Shown: in pieces, positions 7,630-18,351 of the stretch
Numbering within the stretch: the first letter of the stretch is position 1
Layout: the number at the start of each line of letters is the position of its first letter
Assembly (NCBI RefSeq): GCF_013177435.1
Contig: NZ_CP053627.1
Span: 2,760,001 to 2,792,000, forward strand
Length of the DNA stretch: 32,000 bases
Direction: 5' to 3'
Source of the DNA: Xylella taiwanensis
GTDB lineage: Bacteria > Pseudomonadota > Gammaproteobacteria > Xanthomonadales > Xanthomonadaceae
Notes under the pieces: generated by a model
Database searches by the model: none
The model's input: only the letters and a program-made list of their open reading frames with translations
What the model was told of the DNA's origin: nothing
Program-made: the position numbers and the translations under genes

Positions 7630-8622
7630 ATGACACCATTGATGAACACCGCGTTTACTGCCGCATTACACGTAGACTACGCACCAACCTCAGCCCTGGG
7701 CATGTTGCTGGCCGATCGTTGCGTGCTGGCTGTGTTTGGTTTTGGTGCCGATGCGCCGCGTGCCGACGACCCGCGCTACGTACGCGTACGTCTGGAACCA
7801 TACGGCGCAGCACCATTGGAAGTATGGTCCAGCAATACACCGGTAGATTGCGGACGTAACGCTGAGATTGCCTGGGCCAGTAACGGTCAGCTGCAATTCG
7901 GCGTGATTGAATTGGAGGAGGGAGCACAACCGATCGAAAGCTGCGCTGAACGACTCTACACGCGCCTGACGAACTTTGTTGCTGGCAGCAGCACACCACA
8001 TTTGTTACGGATCTGGAACTATCTAGACGCAATCACCATCGGTACTGGTGATCACGAGCGTTACCGCAAGTTCAACATTGGCCGCGCACGTGGCCTCGGC
8101 AGCTTGGAGACCACACAACTGCCCGCTGCAACAGCCATCGGTCACAGCAGCGAACACCGCATCCTTCAAGTCTATTGGTTGGCTGCAGCGATGCCTGGGA
8201 CACCTCTGGAAAATCCGCGTCAGATCAGTGCCTACTGCTATCCACGTCGCTACGGCCCACAATCTCCAAGCTTCGCACGAGCGATGCTGCCCCCCCGCGC
8301 CAGCGCAATGCCACTGTTGTTGTCTAGCACTGCAGCCATCGTCGGGCATCGCTCCATGCATCCCGGTGAACCAGTGGCACAATTGGAGGAGATCTTCGCA
8401 AACTTCAACACACTGCTCAGTCAAGCGCACGCACAGCGCTCCGAAATACCAGCGCACTTTGACCCAAAAACGCGATTAAAAGTCTACGTGCGCGAGCACA
8501 TGGACTTACCACGCATTGCCACCGCACTACAGGCACGCCTGGACACGATCCCGCACGTGCTGTTGCACGGCACCATATGCCGCAATGATCTGCTCGTGGA
8601 GATCGAGGGATACGTAGGTTAA
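7630..8622 (+). CDS. xanB2: XanB2/FkbO/Hyg5-family chorismatase (3- and 4-hydroxybenzoate synthase; formerly annotated as 'pteridine-dependent deoxygenase-like')
   Basis: Translation from the internal ATG at 7630 reads MTPLMNTAFTAALHVDYAP...CVLAVFGFGADAP, which contains the FGFG motif. It also carries LLRIWNYLDAITIGTGDHERYRKFNIGRA and a C-terminal RidA/YjgF-like part. The Arg-rich 67 codons upstream in the listed ORF overlap the halogenase relic and are rejected. Confidence 0.8.
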   Translation: MTPLMNTAFTAALHVDYAPTSALGMLLADRCVLAVFGFGADAPRADDPRYVRVRLEPYGAAPLEVWSSNTPVDCGRNAEIAWASNGQLQFGVIELEEGAQPIESCAERLYTRLTNFVAGSSTPHLLRIWNYLDAITIGTGDHERYRKFNIGRARGLGSLETTQLPAATAIGHSSEHRILQVYWLAAAMPGTPLENPRQISAYCYPRRYGPQSPSFARAMLPPRASAMPLLLSSTAAIVGHRSMHPGEPVAQLEEIFANFNTLLSQAHAQRSEIPAHFDPKTRLKVYVREHMDLPRIATALQARLDTIPHVLLHGTICRNDLLVEIEGYVG

Positions 8623-8925
8623 GACTGGCGAGAACATCTGCGCAGGGCAGACACCCCCAATACACGCATGTGTTGGGAAGCATCGGGAATGAGTCATGGC
8701 GGCGTCCAAGTGGAGGCGCTGACACAACATCCGTAAACACCTTGGCAGATACGGGTTCGAGGCATCAGGCCGCGCTGTAACACGATAGCGGCAACATGGA
8801 CAAGCAGATTCGATATCCCAGCAACGCGCTGTCACCGGGGTATCACGCATTCAAGGTCGAGGCGGACAGCACTGACGGCGGTTAGAATGCGCGGCCAAGC
8901 GCCCCCCTGTTCCTAAGGACATCAC

Positions 8926-9501
8926 ATGAGCATCAAGAGCGACCGCTGGATCCGGCATATGGCCGGGCAACACCGCATGATTGCACCGTTCGAACCTGGC
9001 CAAATCAAGCAAAATGCGGCAGCGCAACGCATCGTCAGTTACGGCACATCCAGTTACGGCTACGACGTGCGCTGCTCGCGTGAGTTCAAGATATTCACCA
9101 ATATCAATTCGACCATCGTCGATCCAAAACACTTCGACAATGGAAGCTTCGTCGATGTCGAGTCAGACGTATGCATCATCCCGCCGAACAGCTTTGCCTT
9201 GGCACGTACGATCGAGTATTTCCGCATCCCACGTGACGTACTGGTGGTATGTCTTGGGAAAAGCACCTACGCACGTTGCGGGATCATCGTCAATGTGACC
9301 CCATTGGAGCCGGAGTGGGAAGGGCACGTGACTCTGGAATTTAGCAACACAACCCCGTTACCCGCACGCATTTATGCGAACGAGGGCGTAGCGCAGATGC
9401 TGTTTCTACAAGCCGATGTCGACGATGTGTGCGAAACATCCTACCGCGACCGCGACGGCAAATATCAAGGACAGACGGGAGTCACGCTGCCACGTACTTG
9501 A
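8926..9501 (+). CDS. dcd: dCTP deaminase
   Basis: [13 protein letters not shown]...SYGYDVRCS...[50 protein letters not shown]. An RBS (TAAGGA) lies upstream. Confidence 0.95.
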   Translation: MSIKSDRWIRHMAGQHRMIAPFEPGQIKQNAAAQRIVSYGTSSYGYDVRCSREFKIFTNINSTIVDPKHFDNGSFVDVESDVCIIPPNSFALARTIEYFRIPRDVLVVCLGKSTYARCGIIVNVTPLEPEWEGHVTLEFSNTTPLPARIYANEGVAQMLFLQADVDDVCETSYRDRDGKYQGQTGVTLPRT

Positions 9502-9551
9502 AGCGGACAGATCGAACGGATACCACCGACCAGCGACGCACCTCAATCAGT

Positions 9552-9621
9552 TCAGTCAGGCAGATGTCCTGAGGCCCCTGGATGCTTGGGATCATGTGTT
9601 ACAACGATCTGCCTGGACTGA
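9552..9621. repeat. Long-range inverted repeat in the dcd downstream spacer
   Basis: TCAGTCAGGCAGAT (9552-9565) pairs with ATCTGCCTGGACTGA (9607-9621). That is 14 bp with one bulged G and a ~41-nt loop. Confidence 0.7.
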
Positions 9622-10013
9622 GTCATGACTCGCCAGAAAGGACTCGCAGCACAAACCGGAGAAAATGGACCTTTAAAGAAGAATGACTGCATCGCTCAGT
9701 CGATCATGCGGGTTTATCGCACCCATTGAGACAAGCCCGATGGCATTTGGATTTGGCAGACAACACAGCTCCAAACCCACCCGCTTTTATACGTGGTATG
9801 TGCCGCAGCACTGACATCCACGTCACTGCGTAGTGCATGCGCAGCCATCCTCGACCAGCTGCGAAACAACAATAAAGCCAGGTGCAATGAGCGTCATCAT
9901 CCACATCTTGCAACCGCGGTCATAACAGGCCATTGACCGAAGCAACGACCATACGATGACAGATCCCTAGTCAGTCAGCGGTATCAACCACTCAGACGAC
10001 ACCGCCCATGCAT

Positions 10014-10967
10014 TCACGGTGAAGTTGTCGATGCATGGTAAGTCTTCTCCCCAGCAGTTACCGCCAAATTCAATCGGTTCTCAGGGGGTGGGAGCGGGCA
10101 GGTGGAAAACGACGTAAATGCACATGGCGGGTTGTAGGCACGATTGAAATCCAGCGCTACACGACCCTGTGTATCCGGCGTATCCACCTCCAAGAAGCGC
10201 CCAGCAGGATAGCTGCCGTGGCCACTGGTACGGTCAGCAAACATCACGAACAGCGCCTGCCCCGGCTCACCGATCGCTTGCAGACGATAGGTGCGGCCAA
10301 AGCGCTCGAACTCGATCACACCCGCGTTGGGCTCATTGGTCGTCACACCAACGATGTTAACAATCGATAGCGTAGCGCCAGCCTTGTTAGGCAAATAACG
10401 AGCTTGAATCCGCCATGTTGGATCTACCGGCCAATACTGCACACCAGTGAAGTGCAGCCGTGACGGTGCATGCGCATGTCTGACCCGCAGTGCAAACCGG
10501 TCACCGCGCCGAATCAGCGTCAACCATCCCTTGCCATCATCAAAACCAATCGTGGTGGGTGTGGGATCACGATCACTGAACACCCGGACGCGATCACGCA
10601 ACGGCTGCCCATCGACACTCAACGGCACACCGGACTTTGGAGTCAACCAAACAACATCTCCATCGCGCTCGATCATGCCCATCTCAGGCGGCCCCATCAT
10701 CAAGCGGATGCCATTGTCGGGACTGGTGCCGATGTAATGCGCCTTCGGCCCCAACCAGTGCAAGCCAATCAAGCTAGTCCACCCATCGGGTTTACTCAGC
10801 TCACGCCGCCGGTGCTCGCGCCACATCCGATGATCGGCCTGGAATGTCGCGTCTGTCTTCACAAACGGCTGTGCGGCAGACTCACGACCACGCTGACAAC
10901 CCACCAAAAGCGCTGCCAAGACGGCCAACAGGATCGATACGGTCCCCCATTCGCATCCACGTCGCAT
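10014..10967 (-). CDS. DUF1684-domain lipoprotein
   Basis: Lipobox AALLVGC near the N-terminus. DUF1684 signature GSYPAGRFLEVD...VALDFNRAYNPPCAFTSFSTCPLPP. The ATG at 10967 overlaps the mutL TGA by 1 nt. Confidence 0.8.
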   Translation of the reverse strand: MRRGCEWGTVSILLAVLAALLVGCQRGRESAAQPFVKTDATFQADHRMWREHRRRELSKPDGWTSLIGLHWLGPKAHYIGTSPDNGIRLMMGPPEMGMIERDGDVVWLTPKSGVPLSVDGQPLRDRVRVFSDRDPTPTTIGFDDGKGWLTLIRRGDRFALRVRHAHAPSRLHFTGVQYWPVDPTWRIQARYLPNKAGATLSIVNIVGVTTNEPNAGVIEFERFGRTYRLQAIGEPGQALFVMFADRTSGHGSYPAGRFLEVDTPDTQGRVALDFNRAYNPPCAFTSFSTCPLPPPENRLNLAVTAGEKTYHASTTSP

Positions 10968-12838
10968 CACCGCCCCCTAAGGAACCAACGATCGATTTCA
11001 GCCAGACTGAACCGTGCCCAGGTGGGACGGCCATGATTACATTGACCGGAACGCTCGGTGGCTTCCATGTCACGCAACAACGCATTCATCTCGGAGATGG
11101 TCAAGCGTCGGTGCGCACGCACTGCACCATGGCAAGCCATCTTCGAAAGTAGCGTGTCACGTGCAGCGGCCACACGCCGGGTCTGGCCATGTTCAAGCAG
11201 ATCGCTGAGCACGTCGCGCAGTAACCTCTCTGGTTCAGCGTGGGCAAGCAACGCCGGAATGCTGCGCACATGCAACGCACCCGGACCGCTGCGGGTCACT
11301 TCAAAGCCAAGGCCGACCAAGGTCTCAGCTTCGCACTCAGCCACATCGGCCTCACGCTCGGATACCATCAAGGTCATCGGTACCAAGAGCGGCTGGGTGC
11401 GCAAGCCAATGCCATCGTGGGCGCGCTTGAGTCGCTCGTAGCCAATGCGCTCGTGAGCAGCATGCATATCCACCACGATCAATCCATCAGTACACTCCGC
11501 GAGAATATAAACGCCATGTAGCTGTGCGATCGCATAGCCAAGCGGTGGTATGCCATCAGTTTCATCGGCCAATGGCAATCCGGCCTGAATCAGTACCTGT
11601 TGTGGCGCAGCATCCACAGGTTCAACCGCTGGCGGCGCATACAACGCGGCATACGCGGCTGGCGCTTCAGCCACAGACAAGCTTGGCGAACTCTGAAGAG
11701 GCCGCCAAGCGCCGCTAGAGCGGCTCCCCAACACATCCGAGACAGCACGCCGCCCTACAGATGACAGGGCCTGAGGGTCAGGATGCGACGCGATTTCCCC
11801 CTCCACATGACCCATACCCACTAATGCCGCCAGCGGTGTGGTACCAGCACGCGTCTGTGCCAACGTATCCTGAAGGGTGCGGTAGACGAAGTCATAGATC
11901 AGCCGTGCATCACGGAAACGCACCTCATGTTTGGCTGGGTGTACATTCACGTCCACGCGTGTTGGATCCAGCTCTAGAAACAGCACGTACGCTGGATAAC
12001 GACCGTGGTAGAGCACATCGCCGTAAGCATTCTTGACAGCGTGAGCAACACTGCGATCACGGACTGGGCGTCCGTTCACGTACAGGTATTGCTGATCCGC
12101 ATTGGGGCGTGAGTAATGCGGCTGAACGATGCACCCATGCAGACGTAATCCGGCACCACTGTGGTCCACACGCAAGGCCTGATGCGCAAAGTCTTCGCCC
12201 AGGATCTCGATCAGGCGCACGTCTGAATACAAGTCGCCAGGTTTATAGCGACGCGAAAGTTTGCCGTTATGCGAGATACGCCACTCTACGTCTGGATGCG
12301 CCAGCGCCAGCGAGCGCGCCCACTCTTCAATATGACCCAACTCAGTGCGCTCAGCACGAAGGAACTTACGCCGCGCCGGCACGTTGTAGAACAACTCACG
12401 TACCTCAACAGTCGTACCCAGTGCATGTGGATGCGGTATCACCTCACCACATTGACCTCCCTCAACGTGCAATGCCGCGCCGTGCTCATCAGCGGCACGA
12501 CGCGACATCAAGGTAAAACGGCTCACCGACGCAATCGAAGGCAGTGCCTCGCCACGGAAGCCGAGTGTGGCAACTGCTTCTAAGTCATCCAGTGAGGCGA
12601 TTTTGCTAGTGGCGTGGCGCGAGACTGCCAGCGGTAATTCCTGGGCACCTATACCGTGGCCGTTGTCGCGGATTCGGATCAGGCGCACTCCTCCTTCTTC
12701 CAAATCGATGTCCACACGTGTCGCGCCGGCATCGATTGCATTTTCGACCAATTCTTTGACCACCGAGGCTGGACGTTCAACCACCTCGCCAGCAGCAATC
12801 TGGTTAATCAAGATCTCGGGCAGCTGACGGATTGGCAT
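10967..12838 (-). CDS. mutL: DNA mismatch repair protein MutL
   Basis: N-terminal GHKL ATPase region [44 protein letters not shown], followed by a C-terminal dimerisation domain. 623 aa. Confidence 0.95.
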   Translation of the reverse strand: MPIRQLPEILINQIAAGEVVERPASVVKELVENAIDAGATRVDIDLEEGGVRLIRIRDNGHGIGAQELPLAVSRHATSKIASLDDLEAVATLGFRGEALPSIASVSRFTLMSRRAADEHGAALHVEGGQCGEVIPHPHALGTTVEVRELFYNVPARRKFLRAERTELGHIEEWARSLALAHPDVEWRISHNGKLSRRYKPGDLYSDVRLIEILGEDFAHQALRVDHSGAGLRLHGCIVQPHYSRPNADQQYLYVNGRPVRDRSVAHAVKNAYGDVLYHGRYPAYVLFLELDPTRVDVNVHPAKHEVRFRDARLIYDFVYRTLQDTLAQTRAGTTPLAALVGMGHVEGEIASHPDPQALSSVGRRAVSDVLGSRSSGAWRPLQSSPSLSVAEAPAAYAALYAPPAVEPVDAAPQQVLIQAGLPLADETDGIPPLGYAIAQLHGVYILAECTDGLIVVDMHAAHERIGYERLKRAHDGIGLRTQPLLVPMTLMVSEREADVAECEAETLVGLGFEVTRSGPGALHVRSIPALLAHAEPERLLRDVLSDLLEHGQTRRVAAARDTLLSKMACHGAVRAHRRLTISEMNALLRDMEATERSGQCNHGRPTWARFSLAEIDRWFLRGR

Positions 12839-12976
12839 CAGCGATTCTCCGGGGATGACGGATAGGAAACAGTAATCAAACTGACACGATGAAATACCCA
12901 GGCATCCGGGAAACCCGGATCAACGGCACCCGGGCTCCGGTTCACTCCAGAACCTCTTAGATCATCATCAAGCAGC

Positions 12977-14596
12977 TTAACGCGTGCTGTTGCTCACCGA
13001 GCCAGCGGCCGGGGCTGACTCGAGTTGGGCACGCACGGCGAATAGCGTACCGGGTGGTGGCTGGCTGGTGAAGAAGGTCATCACTCCATCCAACACCGCA
13101 CTAGCCAACTGGCGCTGGAACATGGGATCGATCAAGCGCCGTTCCTCAGATGGATTGGAGATGAAGGCCGTTTCGACAAGCATCGCCGGCATATCCGAGG
13201 TGCGCAGCACCGCGAAATTGGCGTGTTCTACCTCTGGCTTGTGGCTATTACCGATCCGCTTCAGGCTACCCAGCACATGCTCGGCAGCGTCTTCAGACGC
13301 CTTCATATAACCGCTCTGGGCTAAGTCCAACAACACGTTGACCAAGGTTGGCTCGGCCTTTTGCAAACGTACCCCTCCGACCAGATCGGCCGCATTTTCT
13401 TTGTCAGCCAACCAGCGCGCGCGCTGCGAGGAGGCCCCCTTCGTCGACAGCACATAGACCGACGAACCACTGGCAACCCGGTTATCAGCGGCATCCGCAT
13501 GGATCGAAATGAAAATGTCGGCCTTGGCCGCACGTGCTCTTTGCGCGCGCATGGGCAGTGGGATAAATACATCGCTATCACGGGTCATGTAGGCCTTCAT
13601 GCCGGGAGTCGCATTGATCTGACGCGCCAACTCACGGCCAACCGCCAAAGTCACGTTTTTCTCAAGTTTACCGCTGGGACCAACCGCACCAGAATCTTGA
13701 CCACCGTGGCCGGGATCGATCGCCACGATCAATGGACGCATGCCAGCTTCCATCTTCATGTGTGCCAGATTGCCAGGTATGACGGGATGCGCCGACACCA
13801 GTGCGGTGTCGTCTCCCTGGGCACCCTTCACATCAGTCACCTGCGGAACCATCGCTTCGCCCACCGGGTTAGCCGCCGCCACAAGAGATGCTGGAAACAC
13901 CGGTGCAGGCGCAGAGACAGCCACCACCGGGACCTGTCTAGACGCAGCATCGCCTAGCGACGCTCCGTTGAGAATTTCAGCAGGAGACAGTCTGTAGGTG
14001 GTCGCCTCGCTTGGTTGAGGAGCAACCAGCATGGAGGCGGGATGTGGCACCTTTCCCGTCAACACCGCGGTGGCACGTGCCGCCTCGGTACGTGAATCAA
14101 CGATAGGCAAAGGAGCCGGTACCGCTGCCGGGCGGATCTCGGACTGCACGTCCGCCGCAATTGATGTGCGACTGACATTGCCCGGCCACTCAATCACCAA
14201 CGTCGAGACATTGCCGATCATTTGCATCTGCGGTTTGAGCGAAACCACAGGACTCACCAAGTCGAATACCACACGAAACGTTCCGGGCGTCGGCTGCCCA
14301 GTGCGCACGCTACGCACCACGCCGCTCCCTGAGGGTAGCTTCAAGGATTCAATGGCGCTGGAATCAGGGAAATCCACTACCAAACGCTCTGGCGCAGCCA
14401 GCGACATAGTCTTGAAAACACCGCGGCCAACAAGACGGATTTCAGCACGGGTACCACTGACACTGTTGGTCAACTCGACCGCATTGACCTCACCTGCATG
14501 CAGCGGCGGTCCCACCAGCGTGAGGGCAGCTACAAACAGCAAGGCACAGCATCGGAATCGAAAACTCCCGGGAATCATAGTGAATGATTCAAGCAT
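12977..14596 (-). CDS. N-acetylmuramoyl-L-alanine amidase (AmiB/AmiC type) with an N-terminal AMIN domain and a Pro/Ala/Val-rich linker
   Basis: Signal peptide, and the Amidase_3 motif IVAIDPGHGGQDSGAVG...ISIHADA. It occupies the position of amiB in the conserved nnr-tsaE-amidase-mutL gene order. The start could instead be the ATG at 14578. Confidence 0.9.
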   Translation of the reverse strand: MLESFTMIPGSFRFRCCALLFVAALTLVGPPLHAGEVNAVELTNSVSGTRAEIRLVGRGVFKTMSLAAPERLVVDFPDSSAIESLKLPSGSGVVRSVRTGQPTPGTFRVVFDLVSPVVSLKPQMQMIGNVSTLVIEWPGNVSRTSIAADVQSEIRPAAVPAPLPIVDSRTEAARATAVLTGKVPHPASMLVAPQPSEATTYRLSPAEILNGASLGDAASRQVPVVAVSAPAPVFPASLVAAANPVGEAMVPQVTDVKGAQGDDTALVSAHPVIPGNLAHMKMEAGMRPLIVAIDPGHGGQDSGAVGPSGKLEKNVTLAVGRELARQINATPGMKAYMTRDSDVFIPLPMRAQRARAAKADIFISIHADAADNRVASGSSVYVLSTKGASSQRARWLADKENAADLVGGVRLQKAEPTLVNVLLDLAQSGYMKASEDAAEHVLGSLKRIGNSHKPEVEHANFAVLRTSDMPAMLVETAFISNPSEERRLIDPMFQRQLASAVLDGVMTFFTSQPPPGTLFAVRAQLESAPAAGSVSNSTR

Positions 14597-14654
14597 TGCC
14601 CCCTGTGAATTGCAAGCAATTTCTCTTTAATAATCCATAGCCTGGCGTCATTTC

Positions 14655-15143
14655 CTAGGACATTTCTGGAAAAATAACCGGCAATTGCATTTTTATAGCC
14701 GCAGCAGCCAGCCATACCTCACCTTGCGTACTGGCTGCACGTAACCGGACGCGACGCCCCGTACCATCGACGGCCAACGCCACCTCCAGATCCAACAACG
14801 GCAACGCACCCGCTCCACGCTCAGGCCACTCCACCAGCCATAGTGCAACCTCGTCCTCATCCAAACCGAGAAAATCGAGTTCAGTTGCATGGCCAATCCG
14901 GTATAGATCCAAATGCCAAGCTTCACCGCCATCGGCCAACACATAACGTTCAATCAGCGTGTAGGTCGGACTGCGGATCAACCCACTGACACCCAGCGCA
15001 CGCAGTAGCGCGCGTGCCAAGGTCGATTTGCCAGCCCCGATATCGCCCTGCAGATGCAACCCGGCACGTATCGGCCGGCTGTGTGCCAAGACCACACCCA
15101 AGCGTTCAGTAGCAGCAACATCAGTGAGGTGGAACTCGATCAC
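14655..15143 (-). CDS. tsaE: tRNA t6A37 threonylcarbamoyltransferase complex ATPase TsaE
   Basis: P-loop LQGDIGAGKSTLARALLRALG. 162 aa. The GTG start overlaps the nnr stop (GTGA). Confidence 0.9.
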   Translation of the reverse strand: MIEFHLTDVAATERLGVVLAHSRPIRAGLHLQGDIGAGKSTLARALLRALGVSGLIRSPTYTLIERYVLADGGEAWHLDLYRIGHATELDFLGLDEDEVALWLVEWPERGAGALPLLDLEVALAVDGTGRRVRLRAASTQGEVWLAAAAIKMQLPVIFPEMS

Positions 15144-16630
15144 TGAGCAGGATCCTGATTCACCAAACGGCGTAGTACCGGCAATAAATCGCTAGGCAGC
15201 AAGCCGCGTTCACCACCGTCACACACCGCACGGTCTCCAGCCGCCGCATGCAGCAACGCGCCCAACAATGCCGCATCGAATGCGCTATACCCCTGCGCAC
15301 GCAACGCGGCAATCACGCCAGTGAGTAAGTCGCCCATCCCACCAACCGCCATGCCGGGATTACCGGCATCAATCAGGCAAGGTAAGCAACGAGGCGCCGC
15401 AATCACGCTGCCAGCGCCCTTAAGCACCACCACAGCAGCAAAGCGCGCCGCCAACGCCTGAGCAGCCGCACGGCGATCAGCCTGCACTTGGGCCGTCTCG
15501 CAGCCAAGCAAACGCCCAGCCTCGCCCGGATGCGGCGTCAAAATTGCACCGGATGGCAAAGCACGTGGTGCCGCCGCTAACAAGTTCAACGCATCAGCAT
15601 CAACCACTAGGGCACACCCACTGTCGAGGGTGGTCGACCATAACGCTTGGCCCCATAGGTCCTGCCCTAACCCCGGCCCCAGCGCAACGACATCGGCGGC
15701 GGCCAGCAACGGTGTTAACTCGGCACTACCCACGACACCACATGGCATTGTCTCTGGACAACGCGCCAGCAACGGCGCGACATGCGCCTCACGCGTGGCA
15801 ACTTGCACCACACCGGCCCCACTTCGCAGCGCGGCCTCGGCACTCAACATGATAGCTCCACCGCTACCCCAATTACCGCCCACGCACAGCACACGCCCGG
15901 ACTCGCCTTTGTGGCTGTTACGCCGCCGCGGACGCCACCGGGACGCTAGTATCGGTGGAGCCCATACTTCAGCGCAGGGGGCAAGGCTATCCCGGAGCGC
16001 TGCCGGCACATCGAGCTCGGCGAGTAAACGCTCACCCACCGATTCCAATGCCTGGCCTGTATAAAGACCAACATGGCGCACGATAAATTGCAGCGTGACA
16101 TGCGCACGTATTGGCGTACCAAATACAGCGCCCCGTTCGGCATCGACCCCGCTAGGAACATCTAACGCCAACACGGGTCGACCCGCCGCATTCAACGCAT
16201 CGATCAGACCTTGCGTCGGCACATCCAAGCGCCTATTTAAACCAATGCCGAACAAGGCATCAACCAACACATCCGCAGCATCGAGCGCACATGGGAACAA
16301 TGTCACCTGACCACCCGCGGCAAGATAATCGGCACAAGCACGCTGCGCCAGCAACGATGCCGGCCCACACCCGGGCAAATGCACCACCTTTACCCGCCAG
16401 CCGGCGCGCTGCGCCAAGCAGGCAAGTACATAGCCGTCGCCACCATTGTTACCAGGACCGCATGCAATCAACACGTGACGAGCCGCAGGCCAACGCTGAC
16501 ATAGCAGCTCCCAAGCAGCATGGCCAGCGCGCTGCATCAAGATATAACCATCATCAGCTAAATGCGCAGTCACCTGTGCGTCAAGCGTACATGCGGTCAC
16601 GGTGTCATAGAGCGCCAAAGGAGCATGCAT
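15140..16630 (-). CDS. nnr: Bifunctional NAD(P)H-hydrate repair enzyme Nnr (epimerase/dehydratase; YjeF)
   Basis: The YjeF_N motif is CGPGNNGGDGYV. The C-terminal carbohydrate-kinase domain carries GNPGMAVGGMGDLLTGVIAAL. Confidence 0.9.
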   Translation of the reverse strand: MHAPLALYDTVTACTLDAQVTAHLADDGYILMQRAGHAAWELLCQRWPAARHVLIACGPGNNGGDGYVLACLAQRAGWRVKVVHLPGCGPASLLAQRACADYLAAGGQVTLFPCALDAADVLVDALFGIGLNRRLDVPTQGLIDALNAAGRPVLALDVPSGVDAERGAVFGTPIRAHVTLQFIVRHVGLYTGQALESVGERLLAELDVPAALRDSLAPCAEVWAPPILASRWRPRRRNSHKGESGRVLCVGGNWGSGGAIMLSAEAALRSGAGVVQVATREAHVAPLLARCPETMPCGVVGSAELTPLLAAADVVALGPGLGQDLWGQALWSTTLDSGCALVVDADALNLLAAAPRALPSGAILTPHPGEAGRLLGCETAQVQADRRAAAQALAARFAAVVVLKGAGSVIAAPRCLPCLIDAGNPGMAVGGMGDLLTGVIAALRAQGYSAFDAALLGALLHAAAGDRAVCDGGERGLLPSDLLPVLRRLVNQDPAQ

Positions 16631-16956
16631 GTGGGAATTCTATAACTGTGCATATGGCTGCTACGCTCACTCCCAAAGATACGATGCTTATCACTTTTCA
16701 GATGTACAAGCACGTGGCTGGCTTCCAACCCCTGGATATCACCAGAATCCGTCGGAAAACAGCGCAGCTCACTTGTGAATCTAGCTAGGTATCTAGGAAA
16801 CATGACACAACACCGTACCAACACATCCTTGGAACACCGCGCCGTGATCCCGCTGCAATTGGACTACGCACGGAAGGATGACATCCACATCTGAGCTGCT
16901 TCGACGTCGCTGGCAGAAGTACGCTGCATCCTGCCCGACTGGGTAATAATGCGAAC

Positions 16957-18291
16957 ATGCAGCACCGCGACCAGATTCTGACACCCAGTCAACTCAATAC
17001 ACTCGCGCGCGATCTGCTTGAAAGCGCGTTTCCACTGGTCTGGATTGAGGGTGAACTCGGTCATGTCACGCGCCCCTCGTCAGGACATTTGTATATCACT
17101 CTGAAGGACACGCATGCGCAGGTGCGCTGTGCGATGTTCAAACCCCAAAGCCAGTGGTTAACGTTTCAACCGCGCGAGGGCTTGCGGGTACTCGCACGCG
17201 GGCGGATGACCCTGTACGAAGCGCGCGGCGACTACCAAGTGGTCCTCGATCACATCGAAGAAGCCGGTGAAGGCGCTCTGCGCCGGGCTTTTGAGCAACT
17301 ACGTATCCGGCTCGAGGCTGAAGGCCTGTTCGATGCTGCACGCAAGCAGCCGCTCCCTACCCATCCGCGTCGCATCGCGCTGATCACCTCGCCCACCGGC
17401 GCCGCGGTACGTGACATTTTCAGCGTGCTGATGCGACGCTTCCCGCTGGTCGAGATCGAAGTGTTACCGTCACTGGTGCAGGGTGATACAGCGGCGGCAC
17501 AGATCACCAACCTGCTGCGCCGCGCAGACACCAGCGGCCGTTACGACGCCATTCTGGTGGCACGCGGCGGAGGCTCGCTTGAGGATCTATGGGCATTTAA
17601 CGACGAGCAGCTAGCACGTACTATCGCTGCCGCACACACCCCGGTGATCTCGGCCATTGGGCACGAGACTGACTTCACTCTGGCCGACTTTGCCGCAGAT
17701 ATACGTGCGCCGACCCCATCCGTTGCGGCCGAACTGCTGGTGCCCGACCAGCGTACGCTGCAAAAGCACTTACGCCAGTTGCAGGAGCGCCTCCTGTACT
17801 TGCAGCAACATTATCTCGACCAAGCGATCCAACGTACCGACCAACTGGGACTGCGCCTGCACGCACGCAACCCTCAGATGCACCTGCGCCTGTTAGCACA
17901 ACGCCAAACCGAAGCTGGACGCCGCCTGCAGCAGCGCATACGCCACGTGCTGGAACGCGCCCAAGGGCAACTACTCAACAAGCAGACACGACTATATGCG
18001 CACAACCCGAGACAGCAGCTGGAAAGATTGCAAGGGGATCTACAGCACCTGAATCCACAGGAACCGCTGCAACGACGTCTGAGATACGAACAACTGCGTC
18101 TACACGGACTGGTACGCGCCCTGGAAGCCGTGAACCCTCTGGCCACGGTTGCACGCGGCTACGCGCTGATGAGTCGTACCGACAACAACGAACTAGTACG
18201 CGACAGTACCCAGGTCACTACTGGCGATCTGCTGGACGCCAAACTGGCACACGGCCAGCTGCGCGTGCGGGTGGAGTTCAGCAGCAACTGA
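16957..18291 (+). CDS. xseA: Exodeoxyribonuclease VII large subunit
   Basis: N-terminal OB-fold region [28 protein letters not shown], then [16 protein letters not shown] and a long coiled-coil C-terminus. Confidence 0.95.
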   Translation: MQHRDQILTPSQLNTLARDLLESAFPLVWIEGELGHVTRPSSGHLYITLKDTHAQVRCAMFKPQSQWLTFQPREGLRVLARGRMTLYEARGDYQVVLDHIEEAGEGALRRAFEQLRIRLEAEGLFDAARKQPLPTHPRRIALITSPTGAAVRDIFSVLMRRFPLVEIEVLPSLVQGDTAAAQITNLLRRADTSGRYDAILVARGGGSLEDLWAFNDEQLARTIAAAHTPVISAIGHETDFTLADFAADIRAPTPSVAAELLVPDQRTLQKHLRQLQERLLYLQQHYLDQAIQRTDQLGLRLHARNPQMHLRLLAQRQTEAGRRLQQRIRHVLERAQGQLLNKQTRLYAHNPRQQLERLQGDLQHLNPQEPLQRRLRYEQLRLHGLVRALEAVNPLATVARGYALMSRTDNNELVRDSTQVTTGDLLDAKLAHGQLRVRVEFSSN

Positions 18292-18351
18292 ACTAAATAC
18301 CATCGCCATTGGTCACGCTGCACTGTTACAGCCGACGACGGCTTGCATCAA

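Noticed and set aside
8851-9132. 93-aa minus-strand ORF overlapping the dcd start
   Set aside because: It is antisense to the strongly supported dcd gene and has no motif.
9704-9913. 69-aa minus-strand ORF in the dcd-DUF1684 spacer
   Set aside because: It is Cys/Trp/His-rich with no RBS or recognisable family. It is kept only as part of the unexplained-spacer finding.
12904-12920. ATCCGGG-AAA-CCCGGAT hairpin between the amidase stop and the mutL start
   Set aside because: It is a real 7-bp stem, but it is short, lacks a U-run and sits inside a probable operon. The evidence is insufficient to call it a terminator or regulatory element.
14031-14630. 199-aa plus-strand ORF. Similar ORFs occur at 13361-13957 and 16291-16788, with many others inside mutL, nnr, pheT and the FGE gene.
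   Set aside because: All are antisense shadows of long, motif-supported genes.
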